DNA of 64,000 nt. It comes from Planctomycetota bacterium. Its GTDB lineage: Bacteria; Planctomycetota; JAZDJP01. The notes under the pieces were generated by a model that worked only from the letters and a program-made list of their open reading frames with translations, searched no databases and was not told the DNA's origin. Positions 19,801-27,000 of this stretch are shown here, one piece after another. The position numbers and the translations under genes were made by a program. How positions within the stretch are numbered: the stretch's first letter is position 1; every line of letters begins with the position of its first letter. The stretch is taken from NCBI GenBank assembly GCA_043803805.1, contig JAZDJP010000084.1, positions 121,462-185,461 of the forward strand. Direction: 5' to 3'.

Positions 19801-22800
19801 GGGGCTTGTCACGCGGACCGCGGCCGGATCCGGGGATGCCGGTGGAAATTTCGCCCAGGTCGAAAATGACGATGAATACACCCATAACGAGGCTGGGGAA
19901 GCGTGGAAGCGGCGGGATCTGGCGCGCAAGACCGCCGACGGGGCGCCCCTGCCGCCGGCGGAATTCACGAGCGACAGGCGTATCGCCGCCGGGGAATCCG
20001 TGTCCTATGATCCCGAAGTGGCGGATGCCGTGACGGTGACGCGGACCGATGGCGCCGACAGGACGGTCGAGACGAATTTCCCCGACGGGAGCCGTGTGAC
20101 GCGCGTCTTCAATAAAGACAATACGGTGGCCGCGGAAACCCTCGACGGGAGCGGTGTCGCCGGCGCGAGGGACGCCATCAGGACCCGCACCACGGTGTAC
20201 CGGTATAACGGCCTGGGACATCTCGTTGAAGAGGAGCGGCCCGACGGCGCCATCACGCGAACCACCCGGGACGGCGCGGGTCGGGCGGTGTTCGTCACGG
20301 CTCCGGGCGGGCGCGTGATTCACAATGCCTTTAACGCGAAGGGCGAGCTTCTTTCCACGACGAGCGGATGGGGCTCCGCCCATCCGATCACGCGAAGCTT
20401 CACGTATGACGACGCCGGACGCCCGGCAAGCGTTTCCCAGGGGGATCTCACCACGGAATACGCCTATGACGCCCGCGGGAATGTCGCCGAGGTCCGGTAC
20501 CGGCTCGGGGGCGGCGCGAATGTCGAAACGGAACGTTATCTCCACGACTCCCGGAATCGTCTCGTGACGCACATCCGGCGGGACGGGGCGATCCTGGCGT
20601 TCGTTTATGATCCCGATACGGAACACCTCGCTCGCGTCGAGGATGGCGTCGGGCGGGCCTTGCGGGAATTCTCGGATTTCGACGCGGCGGGCCGGCCGCG
20701 GACAATCGTGGAGAGGAACGGCCCCGGCGCCGAGGACGACGTCACCACGCGGAAGGTCTACAATTCCTACGGCCAGCTCGCGCGGGATCGCCAGGAGGCG
20801 TTCGGGTATTTCAACGACGTGATGAGTTACCATGCCGACGGACCCACGAACCGGGCCGGCAACCGGACGGCCCTGGAATATCCGTCGGGCGGATTCGCGG
20901 CGTATTATTCCCACACCCGGACGAATCTCCTCGAGAAAATCGGCACCGCGCCGGGCGGCCAAAACATACTCCGGTACGTCCATGACGGATTCGGGCGGAT
21001 CGGCGGCTTCACGGTGAATTCCGGCGGGGCCTCGCCGGTGACGGCGGAGATGACCCGGGACAGGAACGGCTGGCTCGTGGCCATGAATGTTGGATCTGTC
21101 GGGGAAATGGCCCTCACCCGGAACCTGGACGGGCTGAAGACCGTCGTCGAGCGGCCCGGGGTGCGGGGGGCGTTCGGCTACGACGCGCATGACCGGCTCA
21201 CAAGCGCGGCCTACGCGGGTCCGGGCGGATTCGGTCCGGATGAATTCAACCTGGACGATCTCGACAATCGGACAAACGGGAATCTTGTCGCGGGGACGTC
21301 CACGGATTACCGCATCACGGATTCCACGCGGATTCTCGACGTCCGGACGCCCGCCGGGACCCATGCGGTGCTCTATGACGCCCGCGGCAACACCATCGAG
21401 GACGATCACCACCGGTACGTCTGGGACGATTTCGACCGGCTGGCGCGGGTGGAGAACAAACGCGCCCGGGTCGAATTCAATCCGTGGACGCCTGTGGATT
21501 CCGTCGCGGACGCGCCGATGGTGGACGGGAAAAACGCCCGGCGCATCACGATTGTTTATGAATCGCCGAAACTGATGAATTACGCCGACGTCGCCGGCAT
21601 CGCCCCGGAGAACGACATCCGTGTGGAATTCAAGGGCGGCGAACTGGCCGGCGAAGAGATCTGGGTGAGGACGCCGGTGACGGAGCGCGGGGCGGGGCCG
21701 GGGGGGATTCGGATTGAATTTCTGAACGTGGAGACGGCGAAATTACGCATTACCGAAATCGAGGCCGGCGGCGTTCCGGGGATGGCGGCCGCGGTGGCGG
21801 GGCTGAAGACCGTCCATCCCTGGCGGAACATTATTTATGCCTATGACGGCGACGGCCGGCGGGTCGCGAAAATCGCCGATAATGAAAAATACCGATACGT
21901 TTACGACGGCGTTCAGTTGATTGAAGTCCGCCGGATCCGGGACAATCGTCTCCTGTGGCAATTCGTCTACGGGGCCGCCGTCAACGAACCCGTGGCGATG
22001 TACGATCGGGAGGGCGGGGCGGGGTATTTCTTCGTTCGGGACGACCTGAATAGTGTTCTCGCGCTCACGAACGCCCAGGGGCAAATCGTCGAAAAATACG
22101 AATACACGGCGTACGGGGAAACCCGGATCATTGACGCAATAACGGGCCTCGCCCGTTATTGGGATGACGACGCGGATGACGCCAATCACGACGGCCGGAT
22201 TGACGCCGGCCTGCCCGGCGCGGGTCTCCCCGCGACGCCCCAGGTGCCCCAAACCGCCTCCGACGCCGGAAATCCATTCGGTTATGCCGGAATGTGGCGC
22301 GACACTCACACCGGGCACTACCACACACTCTACCGCGAATACTCTCCCGAGATGGGCCGCTGGCTCACCCCCGATCCGGCGGGATATGTGGACGGTCAGA
22401 ACCTCTACGCCTACTACCCGGGGCCGAATGGAGTGGATCCGTTGGGGTTGGCGTTGTACGCGTTTGATGGGACGTGCAACGACCGGTCCAAGATGAAGAA
22501 CCCGACGAATGTGGCGGTGCTTTGGGATTTGTATGAAACAACCAATGAAAAAGGAAGATTTTACATCAAGGGGGTAGGCACAAATTGGTGGTCAAAAGTT
22601 TTTGGAGGTTTTTCAGGTATAGGAGCTGGGATTCGATTGGAAAAAGCGTATGAATCACTTCTGGAGAATTTCAGAAATCATGATGAGACGATAGATATTA
22701 TCGGTTTCAGTCGCGGCGCGGCAACGGCGTTGGAATTTGCCAATATGATTGCCACAAGGGGAATTCCCGATGAAAGTACCGCAAAGACAGTGGCGGATCC

Positions 22801-23314
22801 CCGGCGACCTGGGACGAAGGTTATCTATGGGAGAAAGCGGATCCCTCAAATTCGGTTTTTGGGGTTGTTTGACACGGTTGCCTCCTTCGGATGGCCGGGA
22901 AATTCATGGGATCCGTTTATGCGCCTGACCGTTCCATCCAACGTGGAGAATGTCCGTCATGCGGTGGCGCGGGATGAGGTAAGAAGTTTGTTCCCGCTCA
23001 CATCCATGCTCAAGGGGCCGGGTTGGGAGGATCCGACGGGTCGGATATTGGAACAGGTATTTCCGGGGGTACACAGTGATATTGGCGGCGGCTATGACAA
23101 TAATCTGGCTTCCTACGCCCCGCTGCGTTGGATGTGGCAGCAGATGACGGATTGCGGTATTCAAATGGGGGAATTGGACGAAAAGTACACGCAAGACATC
23201 GCAGGTCCAATCGAGTATCATGATTCGCGCTATCGAATGGACAAGTTTCGTTCGGGGTGGCGTCGCTTGTGGGGTGGGACCTACAAACGAAAAATCTACT
23301 ACCAGCGGAAATAG
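13823..23314 (+). CDS. Giant Rhs/YD-repeat lipoprotein (3163 aa) with Ig-like/IPT-TIG and TSP3-like N-terminal domains, an RHS core ending in DPLGL, and a C-terminal DUF2235/Tle1-like lipase toxin domain
   Basis: Lipoprotein signal MLKRIPVAISLVLLVSCGGGG. IPT/TIG-like block VTEVAPAAGAMAGGTALIIQGQGF. Acidic DPSRDSDDDGIADYRDPDP calcium-binding-type repeat. Dozens of YD repeats (YDAAGNR, YAYDARGN, YRYNGLGHL...). RHS-associated core ...YREYSPEMGRWLTPDPAGYVDGQNLYAYYPGPNGVDPLGL. Then a tip with FDGTCND, GFSRGA (GxSxG), FDTVASFG and HSDIGGGY motifs. Marked G+C drop from about 22450 onward. Confidence 0.85.
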   Translation: MLKRIPVAISLVLLVSCGGGGGGGGLSSGDPGGDSDGDGGSAVYLPVAVTVVAPHGIIVTNAGSVTVRVSYVFKSESPAGGSSRETPFARAAASEACRLELLMDGVAVFSRAVDPATNGEATFVLDLTGAVEGTHALAAALSGGGRIIKSADGALVIDRTAPSVDDLEPASGLFTNIRRPVFRGHLMDGFSGPDGDAVEVILDGTTLPGVSVAGEDFTVTPAADLADGAHTVEVRLRDRAGNRYSLERQFTVDTAPPDQSPGLESPAASDGQFLFVVAGARLTVTGALPVDGAGVAVSVPAPVIVAGSGAAGGRWHVDLDGIPAGVSVVTLRAVDRAGNHGPAMNFAITRTTDAISVTEVAPAAGAMAGGTALIIQGQGFTSDTDVRIGGASPGNVRILSPSEIRVVAPAGVEGDAELVVRRPDGAEARLAAAFRYYDPSRDSDDDGIADYRDPDPLVPFVVISDPADGILTNRGFIELSGDVDASAGGVFVRNISMPGAAAAAEMDAGGRFRAAGVPLAAGENIIEARAVDAQGAFAARHRITIRADRTSPGLTLSPPGGRVLDQAPGNVAALAATFTESGFSGGMAPATFRAWRVSWRDLSRVLQSDDDGMIAGILWNLGHLSCDILSLSVTELTGRFSATETGATLTDAGEAGFEKFRKNVVIGIVADKAGNVSFASADYAVDDIRPTAVIQMPVAGGVYPSDQAIPVTVQLADDFSGLNLAGLEVVLNGDDVTSVTGPVLDPPTGGPGTPVLATTLRFNIPAELISPGAKNYLEITGIRDHENNEIAAGVVFVADAIIPCDFINVWSDFSRNEVVVTPGEEDTSVTGQGLFAMGVEGADLGVAGIVLDRISMDTCRLIVTGRRPGVFIWDPFPFMVAGPCAVEELLGVMVKGARFVKAPSPDVISPGVRLGIVEGEILQASGADSTDMATVEFGGVVDDSLGREFEGAGPTVIDGSGRSLPLTAIHYPDHMHTRIDGTVGRETGRYEFRGCFPLRRGRNTLVFRAKNALGRFGVARAGIEVTDRDGDPLTNDFSIRVARVENAAAVEGEIGVAEGYFGAGDDKTLHLRLPRVGGDILLAGTDSAPFAGAVVRSARFVLQREGDVDPAGIMPGLPVFLVRAGDRIEVASAGWTEGTSVRLADLAFAGNGRAASVVQDGASLKITASLGDAELEAYEVVYGPIPSVSASVKSFDSRGIVPPNAAGETPYTQTVTLSRVPGTPVFRSDAVMFQTGSSGAGMRHRMAPEGRITVTADFPPGIPDLSRSVAAGGYRSTLQEAVTGNTPEGGRGVQLHNGEFVYSATDLAGNTAYGPGFAFTRTYRSRIHHDGPLGHGWDHVLNQRMVARDEDGDGDMDVVFYDGSGRRDVFTGDGNGAFLPPPGRYEKWDVAAGEARRLIGDGSVCRYVGLAARPGEYVLDSVTDRWGNRLSLFHDAAGRLVRVNDPHDRDTVLRYEGNGRISEIEDFAGRIVTFTYDAAGDLARVEHPDVDAEGMGHIRPAWRYTYETGDPDPARNHNMTAVTSPRGNGVLENEYDSSDRVVLQRTGPALTEFAYPAGETRVTDPRRQVWKFVWSAGHPELAERIIDPTLAMTYFEHTADLETGVVIRPLGNKIEYRYDIASPNPVKRGNLLETLISPDARGTGGSGAVLRTRLTWTAAADFPGGPGAAEDWNFVKTSEDEAGFVTTYDYDAAGNRVAVRPPGVTLSDGRKDDRTVRYRFNSRGQVEAVRTPDGAMTWHEYYPSNGRPADPSDAEGFHRREIRSVGRGYDIASPVPTNPRESADWLVTEYAMDSRGNCVTVTDETGRASLRVFDALDRSVETLSPPVFGAARNRTRQYFDADGNSVRTVTETPVPRDPGGTAHDVHTSTVTRTVDAWDRVLEVSEDGRVTTYAYDAGGLQIMRRMPSGIRHTTGYDARGLPERDVDGDDDDDAATAPAGARVVEMACDANGNVIGTKENTVPVSEQRHDGYDRLETTRDPRRGALVRQWRDNRGLVTRTAAGSGDAGGNFAQVENDDEYTHNEAGEAWKRRDLARKTADGAPLPPAEFTSDRRIAAGESVSYDPEVADAVTVTRTDGADRTVETNFPDGSRVTRVFNKDNTVAAETLDGSGVAGARDAIRTRTTVYRYNGLGHLVEEERPDGAITRTTRDGAGRAVFVTAPGGRVIHNAFNAKGELLSTTSGWGSAHPITRSFTYDDAGRPASVSQGDLTTEYAYDARGNVAEVRYRLGGGANVETERYLHDSRNRLVTHIRRDGAILAFVYDPDTEHLARVEDGVGRALREFSDFDAAGRPRTIVERNGPGAEDDVTTRKVYNSYGQLARDRQEAFGYFNDVMSYHADGPTNRAGNRTALEYPSGGFAAYYSHTRTNLLEKIGTAPGGQNILRYVHDGFGRIGGFTVNSGGASPVTAEMTRDRNGWLVAMNVGSVGEMALTRNLDGLKTVVERPGVRGAFGYDAHDRLTSAAYAGPGGFGPDEFNLDDLDNRTNGNLVAGTSTDYRITDSTRILDVRTPAGTHAVLYDARGNTIEDDHHRYVWDDFDRLARVENKRARVEFNPWTPVDSVADAPMVDGKNARRITIVYESPKLMNYADVAGIAPENDIRVEFKGGELAGEEIWVRTPVTERGAGPGGIRIEFLNVETAKLRITEIEAGGVPGMAAAVAGLKTVHPWRNIIYAYDGDGRRVAKIADNEKYRYVYDGVQLIEVRRIRDNRLLWQFVYGAAVNEPVAMYDREGGAGYFFVRDDLNSVLALTNAQGQIVEKYEYTAYGETRIIDAITGLARYWDDDADDANHDGRIDAGLPGAGLPATPQVPQTASDAGNPFGYAGMWRDTHTGHYHTLYREYSPEMGRWLTPDPAGYVDGQNLYAYYPGPNGVDPLGLALYAFDGTCNDRSKMKNPTNVAVLWDLYETTNEKGRFYIKGVGTNWWSKVFGGFSGIGAGIRLEKAYESLLENFRNHDETIDIIGFSRGAATALEFANMIATRGIPDESTAKTVADPRRPGTKVIYGRKRIPQIRFLGLFDTVASFGWPGNSWDPFMRLTVPSNVENVRHAVARDEVRSLFPLTSMLKGPGWEDPTGRILEQVFPGVHSDIGGGYDNNLASYAPLRWMWQQMTDCGIQMGELDEKYTQDIAGPIEYHDSRYRMDKFRSGWRRLWGGTYKRKIYYQRK
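22451..23314 (+). other. Polymorphic C-terminal toxin domain of the Rhs protein: DUF2235 / T6SS Tle1-like alpha-beta-hydrolase lipase (sub-feature)
   Basis: Begins directly after the DPLGL autoproteolysis motif (22436-22450). Motifs YAFDGTCND, IIGFSRGAATALEF (nucleophile elbow), LGLFDTVASFG and GVHSDIGGGY. Sequence is conspicuously AT-richer than the upstream 8.6 kb of the same gene. Confidence 0.7.
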
Positions 23315-23321
23315 GAGGAAT

Positions 23322-23679
23322 TATGCGACTTGGCATGGTTGTTGTGTGTGTGTGTGTGGCAGGATGTATGAGTCAAAAATATAGCATCATAGTTAGAAAT
23401 ACGGGCAGCGAGAAAATCACTCATGCCAGCGTGAATTATAATGATTTCAAGTCCGGAGGAGGCAATTTGCTTCCGGGGGGAGGAGCACAGCACGCATGGC
23501 CCGACGAGCCCATCCCTGAGAAAGCGAAAGTGGTGTGGCGTGACGCGAAGGGGGTGGATCACGAGAAGGATGTGGAGGTGAAGAAGAACATTCCGAAGAA
23601 CATCCGCGGGGACAAGGACCTCATATTCGAAATTGGCGATAACGACGATGTCACGATGAAAGTGAAGGCGGTGAAGTAG
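23322..23679 (+). CDS. Small periplasmic lipoprotein; candidate cognate immunity protein for the Rhs lipase tip
   Basis: MRLGMVVVCVCVAGCMSQ... has a lipobox (VAGC). 119 aa, low G+C like the toxin tip, and starts 8 bp after the Rhs stop. Tle immunity proteins are typically periplasmic lipoproteins. The immunity role is inferred from position only. Confidence 0.5.
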
Positions 23680-24052
23680 AGAAGAGGATTTTTCGGGGAA
23701 TCTGGGCATATGTGGTGTGGCGGGGTTCGGGAAGCGTTCTCGCGGGACGCGTGTCGCCGACATCCTGTCGGCTCCGCGCTCGGAGATGCCGCCCCTCCCG
23801 ACGTCCTGTCTCCGCGTGAGCGGGACGTTGTCCCCCGTGCGGCTTCGCCACGGGGGACTCACGTCCCGGGGCGTCATCTACGCCCGCTCACCCGCCTCCC
23901 TCGCCCCGCCATTGCCGCGACCCTCGGCCTCATGGAAACCATGCTTGTCATGGGGGTGGGGAATGACCTTGACCGGTGTTGGCGGGGGCAGTAGCATCCG
24001 GGCGCAGAAGGAGCCGAATACGTTCATCGTTGGGCTCTGAAAGACGGAGGTT

Positions 24053-27000
24053 GTGCCTGTGAGCAACGCGTCGCGTCAACAGGTGGTCGTCGAGGCAGTT
24101 CGTCAATGGCAGACCCGGTTGTTGCAACTTGACCGGCGAAACGCGCTCCTCTACTTCTCGATGGGGAGGCGCGGGATAACACTTCGGAACATCGAACCAA
24201 ACGTTCTTCTCGAACGGCTCGCAACGTCACGCTCGGGGCTCGCGTTCACGTACGCGGAGCAAACCCGCGCGAGCGGTGGCGATCACTTCGACATCCCCGC
24301 AGCGTCCGACGATGCGGAGCTTGAGCCGCAAGTGCGCGTACGCCCCGGTGACCTCGACACGGATCTCGCGCCTCTTGAACTTCAGAAGAGGCTTGGCGCA
24401 CTCAACAGGAGGAGTCGGGAATGGCAGGAGGAGCAAGGACTCAACGTCTTGTTTATCGCGCTCGGTTTCCTGCGCTGGGTGGACGAGGATCAGGAACCGG
24501 CATGTTCGCCGATCCTCCTCGTTTCGTGTGAACTGAAACATGAGTCACCTCGTGATCCATACGCGCTCGTGGGGGAAGATTCTGATGACGCCGTCGTGAA
24601 CCCCACGCTCCGCCACAAACTCACTACGGCGGCAAATATCATCCTTCCCGAGATCGGCGAAGAAACGGTTGCGGAGTACTTGGCCGCGGTCTCGCGTCTC
24701 ATCGCGGGCCGTGAGGGCTGGTCCGTAGAAACAACCATCGTGGTTGCGACTTTTCCTTTCTCTAAACTCGCGATGTGGCAAGATCTCGATCAGATGGCCT
24801 CGACCGGTGTCACTCATCCTCTTGTCTGCCGCCTCGCAGGCGATGCAGATGTGCCCATCGAGGAATCGGAGAGCGGAGCAGTCGCAATCCCGAAGGACGA
24901 TATCCGGCTTCAGGGAGCGAAACTTGATGATCTGCTCGATGTCCGCGATCAACACGCCGTTGTGGATGCCGACTTCAGTCAACTTCGGGCGATCACGCTT
25001 GCGCGGTCGGGGAAGAATCTCGTGATCCATGGTCCACCGGGAACGGGGAAGAGCCAGACAATCGCCAACATTATTGCCACGCTTATCGCCGAGGGGCGTC
25101 GTGTGCTTTTTGTGAGCGAAAAGACGGCGGCGCTTGACGTCGTCAAGCGGCGACTCGCGGACGTCGGACTCGGTGCGTTCTGCCTTGATCTTCATAGTGA
25201 TCGCGGCAAGAAGGCCTCGGTGTATGCACAATTGCGCGAAGCACGGGATCAGCCTTTGGCCGCCGATGCGGATGTGTTTCCCTATGAGCGGTTACTCGCG
25301 CGACGTCACGAACTGAACACTACCGTGAGAGCGCTTCATGAAGTTCGCCAGCCACTCGGCTTGTCTGTTTTTACCGTGCATGGGCGCGTGGCCGCGATTC
25401 GCGAGGTGCCACAAGTAAATGTCCTTGTTCGTGACGTTGCCACCCTCGACGAAGATCGCCTGCGCCGCATCCAAGATGCCGCGCGTAGGATCGCTCGCCG
25501 CATATTGGAGTTTTGCGATCACCACACGAGCCGATGGCGTGCGCTCGGCGCCGTTGCCCCTTCCCCACGCCTAGCGGATGCCATACGTGGTGATCTCATG
25601 GCCATAAGTTCGGCGATCGACTCCATCGTGCGGGTGCTTGCGCGCGCGTCCGCGGCCTGTGGCGTCGATGCGCCGACAACGCTGGTTGAGGCGGAAAATC
25701 TACTGCGTCTGCTCAGTCACCTCATGAATGCTCCGGGATCGGTTCCTGCGCAATGGATCGAGTCCGAGGGGCTGGGACGTGCGCGAGATAGTGGGGACGC
25801 ATTGCGGCAAGAGCTCGCAGATCGGAAAAGATATCTTGATACTCTCTCATCGTCAATCAGCGGCGCACCTCCGGGACTACGAAGCCTCGATTGGCTTGAC
25901 ATCGCGCACGCTGTTGCGGCTGAGGCCACGCGTTGGGCCAGGGTAGCCGGTTCCGAATGGGATACAGTCTTGCTCGCGAACCCCCGGATTTGTGCGACGA
26001 AGTGGAATGACATTTCAACATCACTTGACGCGCATCTCGAAGCGTCGATCCACCTGCAAGTAATGCTAGGTGTTACGCAGCCCAATGATTCGCGCGCGGC
26101 CGCGGAATCAGCTGTGAGCGTTGCCACCCGACTACTACGGATAGGCAAGGTTCCCGTCACGTGGAACAGTTTGGAAGCAACCACCGGAATTTGCTCGGTG
26201 GTCACTGCCGCGCACAAACTTCGCGATGAACTTGTGGCGATGAGGCGAACGCTCGGGAGCCTTTTCGGCCCCGAGATCGTTGAGTGCGTTGACGACAAGA
26301 TGCTCGTTCGATTCCGGACCGACCATCAGTCGTTCTGGCGATGGTTGCGACCGGCGTATCGGCATGACTACAGGATGATCCGAGGTTGTCTCAAACAGCC
26401 CGTGAAGTTATCGCTGGACGCTTGCGTCAAGGCGATCGAGCAATCGTTGGCCGTCCGAAAACTTCGTTCGCGTTGGGCGGAAACGGAGCATCAGCTCCAA
26501 GTTGTTCTCGGTGACCGATTCGCCGGCCTTGAGTCAGATTGGACAGGCATCGAATCCGATCTTGTTGCCGTTGCGGACATCTACCGCGAGTTCCCTGCAC
26601 AGACGGTTGCGATTCGCTCAATTCTCGTGGATGCTCCGACGCTCGCGCTCCTCAACGATGCAATTCGCGCGGTGAAAGAACGCGCAACGGTTCTGGATAC
26701 CATCTGGCCGGAAGGCCTTTCCCATCGAGACGCCCATATTCCGGATATGTCATCTGACGCGCGAGCGTTCGCCAACACTTCGGGAAGGATTGGCGACATC
26801 GTTGATGCTCTCGGTCCCTTTGTGCGGCCTTTGGTCAATCTCGATGGCCTCATCAAGTTGCTGAAGGTCTGCGTGCAACTACAGAAACTCGAAGAGCATG
26901 CCGCTGCGGTTTTTGAAACGCGCTCTCGCGAGATCGGCACACTCTTTTCCGGATGGTCAACGGACTTCGACATATTCAACCGCACGATCGCCTGGACTCA

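Noticed and set aside
18113-21412. 1099-aa ORF on the minus strand inside the rhs gene
   Set aside because: Arg/Pro/Gly-rich, low-complexity translation that mirrors a well-supported plus-strand gene. This is a typical shadow ORF of high-GC DNA.
23680-24052. Small ORFs (23710..23994, 23717..24040) in the immunity-to-Hhe-like spacer
   Set aside because: Overlapping alternative frames with no start context or motifs and an R/P/G-rich composition. The region is treated as non-coding.
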